Positions 26,075-35,746 of a stretch of 64,000 nt of DNA are shown here, piece by piece. Made by a program: the position numbers and the translations under genes. The notes below the pieces were generated by a model. It did no database searches. It was not told where the DNA came from and saw only the letters and a program-made list of their open reading frames with translations. Origin of the DNA: an uncultured Alistipes sp. GTDB taxonomy: Bacteria; Bacillota; Clostridia; Oscillospirales; Ruminococcaceae. Numbering within the stretch: position 1 is the stretch's first letter; every line of letters starts with the position of its first letter. The stretch spans positions 127,145 to 191,144 of the forward strand of contig CAYWPN010000002.1 of assembly GCA_964460175.1 (NCBI GenBank). Direction: 5' to 3'.

Positions 26075-27739
26075 ATGAGAGTTGTAACAACAAGGCAGAT
26101 GTCCGCTGTTGAAAACAGGTCTGAAAAATTAGGCGTATCAAAAAAAATGCTCATGCAGAATGCAGGAAAACGAATTGCAGAACGTATCATGGAAATCACC
26201 GAGAACGACAAAAGAAAACCCGAAGATACGAATGTATGTTTCCTTGCAGGAAGCGGAAATAACGGCGGTGACTGCTTCGCAGGCGCATATATTCTCGTAT
26301 ACAGAGGATATAATGTTACTGTGGTCAATCTTGTTAAAGCACCGTCGACCGACCTTGCAAAAGAATACTTTTCCGCACTTCCCGATAAAGTGAAGATAGT
26401 GCATGGCTACCGCAGTGAGAATGTAAGTACGGCTGTGAGGGCTTCAGGATTTGATTACATGACAATACAGGACAAAGAGGCTATAAATGACCCTGCCCTT
26501 GAAAAAATCCTGATAAGCGAGAAAGAACGTATTGCAGAGATAAGAAATGCTGTTGTTTCGGCGGATATTCTCGTCGACGGTGTTTTCGGCACTGGTTTCA
26601 AAGGCGAACTCGACAAGGAACTTATGACGATATTTTCTTTCGGCACAAGCGCATATAAAATTGCTGTGGACGTTCCAAGCGGCGGCGACGCTTCAAAGGG
26701 AACTGTCCCGACAGGGATTTTCAAGGCGGACGAAACTATCTGCTTAGGCTGTCTCAAATTCGGCATGACACAGTATCCGCTGAAAAAATTCTGCGGAAAT
26801 ATAAATATCGTTAACATAGGAATACCCGACGGCGCATACGATGTTATTGAGGGCAAACGTGAGTACTACAGGCTTGAGCGCAACAGTCTTGCAGGTTTTC
26901 CGCCGAAAAGGGAACGTGATGCACACAAGGGAAATTTCGGCTGTGTTCTCGTGATTTCAGGAAGTTCTTCCATGCGTGGAGCTGCTGCTTTTGCTGTACT
27001 CGGCGCATTGCGGAGCGGTGCAGGTACTGTAAAGCTTGCAACAGTTGCAAAGTGCATTGATACTGTCTCAGTACTTGCTCCCGAAGCCACTTTCATTGAA
27101 CTCGAAAGCGACGAAAACGGTTTTATGAAATTCAATGAAAGTATACTGTCCGAAGCAATGAAAAAAGCAAGTTCCATTGTTATAGGCTCGGGAATGGGCG
27201 TGACGGAAGATACTATGGAAATTATGCGTTTTATTGTGCAGAATGCCGAAGTTCCTGTAATTATCGATGCGGACGGCATAAACTGCATAGCACGGGACAT
27301 AGAAATATTATTGAACAAGAAGTCCGAAGTCATAATCACTCCGCACCCTGGAGAAATGGCTCGTCTGCTGAAATGCGATGCACAGATGATTAACGACAAC
27401 AGAATTATGGTTGCGGAAAAATATGCCGAACAGTACGGGATAACGGTCGTTCTGAAAGGTGCTGGAACTATCGTAGCAGACCGCCGGAGAACTTCCGCAA
27501 ACCACACAGGCAATGCAGGTATGAGCAAGGGCGGAAGCGGTGACATTCTTTCAGGAATTATCGGTGCAACTGCCGCACAGAATATTCCGCCATACGACGC
27601 AGCCTGCGCAGGAGTTTATATGCACGGTCTCGCCGGAGACGCAGCCTGTGAAAAATTTGGCCAGGAGGCTATGCTCCCACGTGATGTCATCGACTGTCTT
27701 GCAGACGCTTTCAGAACTCTCAAAGAAAAATTAAGGTGA
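26075..27739 (+). CDS. nnr: Bifunctional NAD(P)H-hydrate epimerase / ADP-dependent dehydratase (YjeF)
   Basis: N-terminal YjeF_N (AGSGNNGGDCF) and C-terminal carbohydrate-kinase-like domain (GNAGMSKGGSGDILSGIIG). Confidence 0.9.
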   Translation: MRVVTTRQMSAVENRSEKLGVSKKMLMQNAGKRIAERIMEITENDKRKPEDTNVCFLAGSGNNGGDCFAGAYILVYRGYNVTVVNLVKAPSTDLAKEYFSALPDKVKIVHGYRSENVSTAVRASGFDYMTIQDKEAINDPALEKILISEKERIAEIRNAVVSADILVDGVFGTGFKGELDKELMTIFSFGTSAYKIAVDVPSGGDASKGTVPTGIFKADETICLGCLKFGMTQYPLKKFCGNINIVNIGIPDGAYDVIEGKREYYRLERNSLAGFPPKRERDAHKGNFGCVLVISGSSSMRGAAAFAVLGALRSGAGTVKLATVAKCIDTVSVLAPEATFIELESDENGFMKFNESILSEAMKKASSIVIGSGMGVTEDTMEIMRFIVQNAEVPVIIDADGINCIARDIEILLNKKSEVIITPHPGEMARLLKCDAQMINDNRIMVAEKYAEQYGITVVLKGAGTIVADRRRTSANHTGNAGMSKGGSGDILSGIIGATAAQNIPPYDAACAGVYMHGLAGDAACEKFGQEAMLPRDVIDCLADAFRTLKEKLR

Positions 27740-27791
27740 ACAAATAAACGGACGTTCAAGTCAAATCATAAATCAAAAGGAGATTTTTGTT

Positions 27792-28400
27792 ATGAAGAAA
27801 CTTTTTTCGTCCGTTTTTATTTTATTAAGTATGTGCCTTGTATCGTGTTCCGCACCGATGCAGACAACACAAAGCAGACAGAATAATCTTAATTCGCCGT
27901 TCAGTTCGGAAATAACGCTCACCCTTGATAAACTGACCGCAGAGGGAAATTTAAAGCGTTACGGCGACAGCGAATGGGAAGTTGAGTTTTCGTCGCCCAA
28001 CACTCTCAGCGGAGTTAATCTTGCTTTCAGTCAGGGCAATGTGAACGCAAGCTACAAGGGACTGAGTTTTTCAGTTCCGAAATCTGCACTTCCCGTCAAG
28101 GCAATGCTTGTCAATCTGATTGAAGCAGTCGATACGAACGCACGTTCTGAGGAGCTGAAAGGTTCTGACAATGAGGGTATGCTCGAAATATCCGGTACTT
28201 TAGAAGGCGGTGACTACCTTCTCACCGTAGACGGCAACGGAAACATATCATCGTTTGATATGCCGAATAACCTGCTTGAAATCAATTTCAGGAACGTTGC
28301 ACAGATTTCAGGTACTCCCGTTCAGACTACCGCATCAGCTGAAACAACAGTTCCGGCAGAGACTACTGCGGTGGAAAATAGTAGTCAAGCAGTAAGTTGA
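27792..28400 (+). CDS. Hypothetical lipoprotein
   Basis: Signal peptide with lipobox MKKLFSSVFILLSMCLVSCS. T/A/E-rich tail. The 3' end overlaps the convergent gene by 38 nt. Confidence 0.7.
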   Translation: MKKLFSSVFILLSMCLVSCSAPMQTTQSRQNNLNSPFSSEITLTLDKLTAEGNLKRYGDSEWEVEFSSPNTLSGVNLAFSQGNVNASYKGLSFSVPKSALPVKAMLVNLIEAVDTNARSEELKGSDNEGMLEISGTLEGGDYLLTVDGNGNISSFDMPNNLLEINFRNVAQISGTPVQTTASAETTVPAETTAVENSSQAVS

Positions 28401-29457
28401 CCATTCTGGAATAGCTTGCATTTCCGTCCTCTACTCCGTTGAGTTTCATGCTCGTATCAGCAGCAGTGTTATATACTGCGTCGACCGTTTCAGTCGGGAT
28501 AATTTCTTTTTCCTGATTATCTTCCCAGTAAGTTTCAGGGAGGAATCTGAACCAGTCGTTCCGGACTTCCTGTGAAATGCCGTCGGTGAGTTCATAGCCC
28601 GATACTATTTCATTACTGTAAATCTGATTATGTACATATTCGAGTGCCTCAAGATAACCGCTGTACTGCACTTCAACATTATCACTGCCCGTTGTTGCAA
28701 TGAACGAAATGAAATTAGCCTCGTCCTCCTGCATAAAACCCTTCAGATGTGCGTATTCATGGCAGATAACTTCGGGCTTTATTTCATCAACCATGTCATT
28801 ATTGTAAGTTGCCTCCATGGAGAACGGGAAATACATACCTGCCGTACTTGTCTGGCTCATAAAAAAAGAAAACATAATCGGCTTAGGCTTCGGATAGTAC
28901 CCTTTTAACTGCGGATACTGTCCTGAAGCCTTTTTCATTGATTTTCTGCACTCGTCAACAACGTCAACAGTAAGGACGAATTTATTGTGTTCGTCCCTCT
29001 GCACCTGCACTGCAAGTTCATTGCATTTGTCAATCAGCAGCGCATAAACCTGCTTGAGTTCTTCATTATCATGTTCCTTCGGAGTAAAAAAGCGTTCGGA
29101 AAAGCGTGTACAGCCATAGAGTGTAAAGCAGTTCAGACTTTCCGTTCCTGCTATAAAAGCAATTATACACAAAGCAGCTGTTATTGTTATTTCAACAGCT
29201 TTTCTGCGTGTTTTTCTGATAATCATGCAGACAACCGCTGTCGGAATGCCTATAACTACAATAAGAATTGCAGTTACAATCATGATTTCACCCAGAGATA
29301 TTGGCAGAAGTCCGCTGATAAAAACATATGGAGTTGAAATTACTGGAAATATGTAATCCGCATAGAAATCCGCAAAGGATTTTGAAAGTCTTCCGGTTAA
29401 AGTTAAAACTGCTGAAAATACTATGACTGCCAGCGGAATGATATATCTTTTTTTCAT
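28363..29457 (-). CDS. DUF3810-like membrane protein with an HExxH metalloprotease motif
   Basis: Three N-terminal TM helices. CHEYAHLKGFMQEDEANF (HEYAH). Family name is from memory. Confidence 0.75.
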   Translation of the reverse strand: MKKRYIIPLAVIVFSAVLTLTGRLSKSFADFYADYIFPVISTPYVFISGLLPISLGEIMIVTAILIVVIGIPTAVVCMIIRKTRRKAVEITITAALCIIAFIAGTESLNCFTLYGCTRFSERFFTPKEHDNEELKQVYALLIDKCNELAVQVQRDEHNKFVLTVDVVDECRKSMKKASGQYPQLKGYYPKPKPIMFSFFMSQTSTAGMYFPFSMEATYNNDMVDEIKPEVICHEYAHLKGFMQEDEANFISFIATTGSDNVEVQYSGYLEALEYVHNQIYSNEIVSGYELTDGISQEVRNDWFRFLPETYWEDNQEKEIIPTETVDAVYNTAADTSMKLNGVEDGNASYSRMVNLLLDYYFPPQ

Positions 29458-30731
29458 GACTGCGGATTTACGGGCAGACTTTTAATTATACCTGCTTCCA
29501 ACTGCTGAATAGCTATAGCGTCCATACCTGTTACACCGTCGCCCATATTGTAGCAGTCTGCATTTAATCTTCCCTGCTCCGAAAGACCATATCTGTCCTC
29601 ATTACCGATATGCTGAATAATAGAAGTAGCGTCTGCAAGGTCAACAGAACCGTCGCAGTTAGCGTCACCGACTAAATTTATTTTTATATCATCTGATTTT
29701 TCAATAACTTTCACTCTTGCCCATACCGTACCGCCTGTTGACTGCGCCTTAATTATAGTTTCACCGATGTTCTTTGCGGTAACATTACCTTTATCGTCAA
29801 CTACAGCAATATTCTCGTCGGACGAAGTATAGACAACATCACTTGTCATTGTCGGATAGGACAGCATAAGAACATTTGTTTTCTCAATTTCAAAAGTCCG
29901 CATAATATCTTCAATATTGAACTCAACATTGATATTCACAGCATACTTCTTTTCCTCTGTTTCAGCATAGATAATACACTTACCTTTTTTAATTCCGGAA
30001 ACAACACCGCTTTTGCTGACTACTGCAATGCTTTCGTCTGTACTGCTCCATGTTATCGCCGTATCCTGAGAAACCCCCAGAATAGTTATTGTCTGCATGG
30101 AACTTTCAGAAGTGAGTGTAAGTGTTCCGATATTAACTGCTCCCGATGATATTCCTGTATAAACAGAAGTTACATTGAAAATATAGCGAGTGTTCTCAAT
30201 ATCGGCGAATATCTGGCATTTGCCCATGCCCTTTGCTGTAACAAGTCCGCTGCTGTCGACCACTGCTATACTTTCGTCTGTACTGCTGTAAGTTATTGCA
30301 ACGTCCGCAGGTGCATTGAAAACAATCTGCTTTGAAGTTTCGCTGTTCGTAAACATAATATCGTCCATCTGTACTTCTGTCACACTCTGTTCAACAGGTT
30401 CATAATCTGAAGTGACATTAATCTGATATGATGTATCTTTCTCCGGATAATATGCCGAAATGGTACAAGTACCCTTGCCTACAGCTGTTATCTTTCCGTT
30501 TCCGTCAACTTCCGCAACATTTTTGTCCGAAGTATACCAGCTGAGTTCAGATGCTTCAATTCCTGTAAGCGTCGGGATTGCCGACGGGTGTTCATTGTCA
30601 AGAGTAATGCTTCCCCAAGTTACAACACTTTCCGCATAAACTGTATTGCTGTAATCCGCACTGTAAACAACAGGAGTTCCTGAAATAACACACAGTGCCA
30701 TGACTGCCGTCAGTATTTTCTTTATGTTCAT
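29454..30731 (-). CDS. Secreted protein with four Big_2 (Ig-like) repeats and a C-terminal dockerin
   Basis: Start at MNIKKILTAVMALCVISG. Repeats VAEVDGNGKITAVGKGTCTISA / IAVVDSSGLVTAKGMGKCQIFA / IAVVSKSGVVSGIKKGKCIIYA / IAVVDDKGNVTAKNIGETIIKA. Dockerin [51 protein letters not shown]. Confidence 0.88.
   Translation of the reverse strand: MNIKKILTAVMALCVISGTPVVYSADYSNTVYAESVVTWGSITLDNEHPSAIPTLTGIEASELSWYTSDKNVAEVDGNGKITAVGKGTCTISAYYPEKDTSYQINVTSDYEPVEQSVTEVQMDDIMFTNSETSKQIVFNAPADVAITYSSTDESIAVVDSSGLVTAKGMGKCQIFADIENTRYIFNVTSVYTGISSGAVNIGTLTLTSESSMQTITILGVSQDTAITWSSTDESIAVVSKSGVVSGIKKGKCIIYAETEEKKYAVNINVEFNIEDIMRTFEIEKTNVLMLSYPTMTSDVVYTSSDENIAVVDDKGNVTAKNIGETIIKAQSTGGTVWARVKVIEKSDDIKINLVGDANCDGSVDLADATSIIQHIGNEDRYGLSEQGRLNADCYNMGDGVTGMDAIAIQQLEAGIIKSLPVNPQS
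29457..29675 (-). other. Dockerin module (type shared with the GH9-GH16 enzyme)
   Basis: Two Ca-binding loop/helix segments: DANCDGSVDLADATSII and ADCYNMGDGVTGMDAIAI. Confidence 0.85.
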
Positions 30732-30742
30732 ATTTTTTTCCC

Positions 30743-33586
30743 TCACACATTCATGATTTTCAAATCCGGATTTTTTTCAAGAAGTCCGTCAACTGCACTC
30801 TTTGAGCCGATAATGCAGTAGCTTCCCTGATTTTCAAGATAAGGCACAGCAGAAAGCAGGTCGCTGTATGTCATGGAAAGAATATTTCTGCGGATTTCCC
30901 TGCGCTTCTCAAAAGTAATTCCTCTGAAACGGAATATATCGGCAGTTGTACCGTATTCGCCGTCGGATATAAGCGGTTCACCTCTTGCAATGGTGCTTAT
31001 GATATACTGCGTAATATCGGGATTTTCAGCGCAATACTCCTTCAGAAAATCTGCGGAATCTGCATAAGTCTGCAAAGACAGCTCAGGGGACGGGTCACGG
31101 AACGAATAGAATGCAGTTTCGCCCAGAGAATTAGTTCCCGAACCTGTACCGTAAGCACCGCCTTTCACACGGACTTCATTCCACAGATATTCATAAGTCA
31201 TGATAGTAGAAAGAACGTCCCACAAGGCTTTATTTTCCGTTTTTTCCGCAAGAACTGCTCCCGAATACGATACTCCCGACGGAATTACAATTCCCTCCGT
31301 CTTTGCCGGTTTCATTTCAAGCGACTGCAAAGACAATTCAGCGGACGAAATTTTTTCGCCGTCAGGAAGCGCATTTATAAGCGTTTCTATTGAAATATTC
31401 TCAGCAGAAGTCACACTTGCTGTAAGTCTCGATTTGCAGAACACACGTTCCGAAAGTTCTTTCAGTCCGCTGATATTCCTGCTGTCAAGTCTGCTGATAA
31501 ATTCATAGGAAACAAAACCGTTTATAAGTTCGTCAACAGCCGATTCCGCAGACATCGCACTTCTTGCACGTCTCATAGCAAAACGGTGACCGTTGGTAAT
31601 AATACACTGCCGAAGTTCCTCTGTATCCTGACTGATAATCTCACTTATGATTTCAGCGTTATCATAGATTGTCGCCGTAAGTATTTCTGCGATAAGTTCC
31701 TGTGCGGAAGTCAGGTTTCTCCTGAGAAATCTCGATTTAACGCTGAAATATACCTTGCATTTTTCGGGTGTTTCCGGCTTGCTGAATGCCGAAATATCAG
31801 TACTGAGATTTCCTAAAACACCGATAACCTGCTGAGTGAGTTCGATACCCGAATATTTTTCCGTCGGCAGTTCAGAAATAAGCCTGTTGACGAGTGAAAG
31901 CGTTTCGAGTTCCGAACGGCTGAAATCAGATACGTCGAACCACAGATTTACCGATACAATACCCTTGTTCTTTGCAGGATGATTAAGGATTGTCACGCCG
32001 TTCATGACTGTTTCAGAAGTTTTGTAATCAATCGGTGTTTCACTTACTTCCGAAAGCGGAAGAACAGGTATTTTTGCAATATTCTCCGCTAAATCAGGAG
32101 TTTTCTGCCATTCGTCAAGTACCGTGTTGAGTTCAATGAGTTCAGATTTTTCCTCGCCGTTCATACTTGCAAGTGTATTGTCAAGACGTTCCTGCTCCTG
32201 CTTTTTCTGCTTTTCACCATAAGTATCCGACGGTATCATACAGAGTACAGCCCTGCCGTTTTCATTAAGAAGCCAGTCCGAAAGAAGATTTTCAAAATAA
32301 CCTGTATCAATTTTTTCACGCAGACCTGCAAAAACGTCCTCGCAGTCGATATATAACAGAGGTTCTCCGCCGTAAAGCCATGATGACATAGCGTCGATAC
32401 AGCGTGTAAGTCCCTGCGGTTCTTCGCCCTCACGGAAATTAAATTCCGCCCTGTTGACTGCCGCTAAAAGAATATCATGACCGATACCGTCTGCAATGAT
32501 ACCGGAAACAGTATCTATGACAGCAGAAAGAACATTGTCTTTATCGTCCGCATTTATATTGTTTACTCTTAATATTCCGAAAGGCTGCAAAACGTTATCA
32601 GACAGCGACATTTCAATATCAAGGCACAGTCCGGTATCGAGCATTGCACGCTTTAAAGGTGCATCGTTTGAGCCAGCCAGTGCCTCACAGAGTACGGAAT
32701 AAGCAAAGACTTTCTCACGTTCCTGCCATGAGGCAAGAATTTTTCCGACAGCAAGATAAGACTGTTTTTCCTCACTCTCATCAGGAGCAATTTCATAATA
32801 TTCTATTTCGTCGGAAGCAACAGCAGTCTGCAAAGGAATTTCAGGCAGCCAGTCGTTTTTATTGTATTCCGAAAGATAGCTGTCAATAAGTTCAAGCATA
32901 GTTTCGATGTCAATATCACCGTCAAGCCATATATATGAATTTGTCGGGTGATAGAAACGCTTGTGGGTATCAATAAACTGCTGGTAAGTCAAATCAGGAA
33001 TAGCAGACGGAAGTCCGCCGTATTCAAATCTGTAGCAGTTTTCGGGGAAAAGCATTGCCATGATTTTGCTTTCTATGCGTTCATGTACTGACGAGACAAC
33101 ACCTTTCATTTCATTGAACACAACGCCCTTGTATGCAGGCTTATCACCGTCCTTGCGGTACTCAATGTGGTGTCCCTCCTGATAGAAGATATTCGGATTT
33201 GTATAGATTTCAGGCTTGAAAACCGCATCAAGATAAACTTTTGTAAGGTTCATGAAGTCAGCGTTATTTCTGCTTGAAACAGGGAACATAGTCTTATCGG
33301 GGAAAGTCATTGCATTGAGAAAAGTATTCATTGAACTTTTCAGCATATAGAGGAATGGTTCTTTCACGGGGTAATGTTCCGAACCACCCAGAACGGAATG
33401 CTCCAGTATATGAAATACTCCCGTGTCATCTTCTGGGACAGTTTTGAATGAAATCGAAAAAAGTTTGTTTTCCTCTTTATTATTGAACCATGCAAGACGT
33501 GCGCCTGTTTTTTCGTGGCGCATCATGATAAATTCCGCAATGCCGGTTTTTTTTCTGTCTGTGACAGTAAATCCATGTAAATTCAT
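30743..33586 (-). CDS. M16C (insulinase/PreP-like) zinc metallopeptidase, about 947 aa
   Basis: Start at MNLHGFTVTDRK. Inverted zincin HILEHSVLGGSEHYP (HxxEH). No signal peptide seen. Confidence 0.88.
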   Translation of the reverse strand: MNLHGFTVTDRKKTGIAEFIMMRHEKTGARLAWFNNKEENKLFSISFKTVPEDDTGVFHILEHSVLGGSEHYPVKEPFLYMLKSSMNTFLNAMTFPDKTMFPVSSRNNADFMNLTKVYLDAVFKPEIYTNPNIFYQEGHHIEYRKDGDKPAYKGVVFNEMKGVVSSVHERIESKIMAMLFPENCYRFEYGGLPSAIPDLTYQQFIDTHKRFYHPTNSYIWLDGDIDIETMLELIDSYLSEYNKNDWLPEIPLQTAVASDEIEYYEIAPDESEEKQSYLAVGKILASWQEREKVFAYSVLCEALAGSNDAPLKRAMLDTGLCLDIEMSLSDNVLQPFGILRVNNINADDKDNVLSAVIDTVSGIIADGIGHDILLAAVNRAEFNFREGEEPQGLTRCIDAMSSWLYGGEPLLYIDCEDVFAGLREKIDTGYFENLLSDWLLNENGRAVLCMIPSDTYGEKQKKQEQERLDNTLASMNGEEKSELIELNTVLDEWQKTPDLAENIAKIPVLPLSEVSETPIDYKTSETVMNGVTILNHPAKNKGIVSVNLWFDVSDFSRSELETLSLVNRLISELPTEKYSGIELTQQVIGVLGNLSTDISAFSKPETPEKCKVYFSVKSRFLRRNLTSAQELIAEILTATIYDNAEIISEIISQDTEELRQCIITNGHRFAMRRARSAMSAESAVDELINGFVSYEFISRLDSRNISGLKELSERVFCKSRLTASVTSAENISIETLINALPDGEKISSAELSLQSLEMKPAKTEGIVIPSGVSYSGAVLAEKTENKALWDVLSTIMTYEYLWNEVRVKGGAYGTGSGTNSLGETAFYSFRDPSPELSLQTYADSADFLKEYCAENPDITQYIISTIARGEPLISDGEYGTTADIFRFRGITFEKRREIRRNILSMTYSDLLSAVPYLENQGSYCIIGSKSAVDGLLEKNPDLKIMNV

Positions 33587-33594
33587 AAAACACC

Positions 33595-34338
33595 TCATAT
33601 TTCGTCCCACGATGCGTTTCCGCCTGTGGAATTTACAGAATAGTAAGCAAGTATCTTTGAAGCATCATTTGAGTTAATAATACCGTCATTGTTAACGTCC
33701 GCCTGAACGTTCTGCCTTGAACTGAAATCGCCCGTACTGCCTGTGGAAAGCAGTGCATATTCAGTCAGAATGTATGAAGCGTCATTAGCGTCAACAATTC
33801 CGTTGCTGTCAATATCACCCATAGTGATATTGTTGAGATGTACAGCGATATTTTTTATATTGTCCTTTTCGGAAACAATATCCCAGTCTTTTTCACTGCT
33901 GAAATCTCCGCCGTCGATAGTGAAATTATAGACGTATTCAACATAGCTGTCGGGATTGTCGTTTACATCAGGGACAGTTATTTCGTCAGTAATAGCAGAT
34001 GATGTAATATTATATTCTCCGCCTGTAAGTTCAATGCTTACCTTGTAGTTTCTGTAGTCAGACTCCGTATTGTCTCTGCCCTCGATAGCAAAGCTACAGG
34101 ACTTTCCGCCTTCAATACTTGATTTATAGTATGGTTCGTCTGTTACTTCGGGAGAAGTGAACGTGATAAGCACTTCTGCCGTTGTATTTTCGGGTACATT
34201 AACAATAACAGCCCCGTTCACTTCATTTTCGTCAAATTCCTGATATACAGGGACTTCGTCTGCCGCAAAAGATGTCATTGCAGCAGCTGTCATGAAAGTC
34301 AGCACGACAGCAAATGGAATTATTCTATTATGTCTCAT
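33595..34338 (-). CDS. Secreted dockerin-containing protein of unknown function
   Basis: Signal peptide MRHNRIIPFAVVLTFMTAAAMTSFA. C-terminal dockerin GDIDSNGIVDANDASYIL...ADVNNDGIINSNDASKIL. Confidence 0.85.
   Translation of the reverse strand: MRHNRIIPFAVVLTFMTAAAMTSFAADEVPVYQEFDENEVNGAVIVNVPENTTAEVLITFTSPEVTDEPYYKSSIEGGKSCSFAIEGRDNTESDYRNYKVSIELTGGEYNITSSAITDEITVPDVNDNPDSYVEYVYNFTIDGGDFSSEKDWDIVSEKDNIKNIAVHLNNITMGDIDSNGIVDANDASYILTEYALLSTGSTGDFSSRQNVQADVNNDGIINSNDASKILAYYSVNSTGGNASWDEI
33598..33825 (-). other. Dockerin module (second sequence type)
   Basis: DIDSNGIVDANDAS and DVNNDGIINSNDAS duplicated Ca-binding segments. Confidence 0.85.
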
Positions 34339-34359
34339 AAATTCTACCTCTAATCAAAA

Positions 34360-35736
34360 TTAATATGATGTTACAGCACTGCCGTCTTCGCCGACAACAG
34401 TAACTTTTATATTACCGTCACTTTTTTCAGCAGGAATATAAGCAGAAAATCCGTTTCCGCAGTGTTCACCCTCCTGCTCAAGCAGAGTATCTTCAAAACA
34501 GTTGAATGCTTCATAGGTCACCCCGCCTGTCTCAATGAAGATGCGGTTACAGTCACCTGAAAAGAAACCGTCGGGCAGAACACCGTAAATATGCGTATAT
34601 TCACCGCTTTTCTCTGAATTAACAACAATATCACCGCTGTATGTTTCCGCAGAAATACCCGAAATATCAGTCTCAGGAGCAGGCATTACAGGAGCGTATT
34701 TTTGCAGATTGCCCAGATTTCTCTCGACAATTTCAAGAACAACTGTTTTGTTTTCAATATTATTCAGACGATACGGCACAGTCCTTGAAAATTCCGCATT
34801 ACTGAAACATTCCGCCATATATGGCAGAATTGCTTCGCCATAGGAATCACGGAACATAAGTAGTCCGCCGTCTGCATTTTCGTTAATTGTGTTAATCGTT
34901 ATATCATCAAGACCTCTGAAAAATCCCTGATAAGTGTATGTATACTCATAGTCGTTGTAAATCTGAGTATCTTTAGCTTTTTCAGCGGGATAAAGCATGA
35001 GGGCAAGGTCGCCCGTACGGTCGTTTTTAGTGTGCCATTCTGTACCTGCCGGACAAAAATTCCTGTTGAGTTTTGTCATAACTGCCGAATGCCCGACGTA
35101 TGCTCCTAAATTATTCCAGTGGGTATCTGTCTTGTGGTAAAGCGGTACGCTTGAATTTGCATTGAGGAGTGCCGATTTCATGTCAAGCCAGAAATCATCT
35201 TCCGCAAGTTCCGCCGAAAGCATTTCATAATTATCCGCATTGTCCGCAGGAACGTAATTAAACGGCATATTTTCGGGGTAAACCGAATTTTTGTTCGGAG
35301 CGGAAAAAAATACAAATTCCACACCGTTTTTATTGCAGTAATCATCAATCATGCGGAGATTATGCGCAATATTGCAGATTTCACGCCTGCTGAGTGTATT
35401 TATATTCAGGAAATCATCAGCAGTTTCACCGTAATAAAGCCAGCCGTCCCTGCCGACTATAACATTGCTGTCAGGAGAAGTCGCAAAAAGTGCGGATTTA
35501 ATTCTGCTGTCCGCATTGACAAACTGCTGACGGAATGCAAAGTGTTCCGAAAACCACGTATCGAACTCATCGAAAAAATCAAAATTAATGCCGTCCTCCG
35601 TTCTGAGCGACGGAAATTCTGCGAGTTCCCGTTTTTCCGCTGAACCCGATTTCACGAATGGCATACAGACTGACGGCACAAGGCATATTCCAAAAAACAG
35701 GGCGGAATATATTCTGTAAAGATTTTGTTTTTTCAT
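34360..35736 (-). CDS. DHHW/AlgX-AlgJ-like SGNH protein, partner of the MBOAT acyltransferase
   Basis: Start at MKKQNLYRIYSALFFGICLV (single TM anchor). HKTDTHWN motif. Sits immediately downstream of the MBOAT gene. Confidence 0.8.
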   Translation of the reverse strand: MKKQNLYRIYSALFFGICLVPSVCMPFVKSGSAEKRELAEFPSLRTEDGINFDFFDEFDTWFSEHFAFRQQFVNADSRIKSALFATSPDSNVIVGRDGWLYYGETADDFLNINTLSRREICNIAHNLRMIDDYCNKNGVEFVFFSAPNKNSVYPENMPFNYVPADNADNYEMLSAELAEDDFWLDMKSALLNANSSVPLYHKTDTHWNNLGAYVGHSAVMTKLNRNFCPAGTEWHTKNDRTGDLALMLYPAEKAKDTQIYNDYEYTYTYQGFFRGLDDITINTINENADGGLLMFRDSYGEAILPYMAECFSNAEFSRTVPYRLNNIENKTVVLEIVERNLGNLQKYAPVMPAPETDISGISAETYSGDIVVNSEKSGEYTHIYGVLPDGFFSGDCNRIFIETGGVTYEAFNCFEDTLLEQEGEHCGNGFSAYIPAEKSDGNIKVTVVGEDGSAVTSY

Positions 35737-35746
35737 CTGACACCGC

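Noticed and set aside
26866-27546. 226-aa minus-strand ORF
   Set aside because: It is antisense to nnr (YjeF), which has both canonical domains. The product is Ala/Ser/Pro-rich, typical of a shadow frame.
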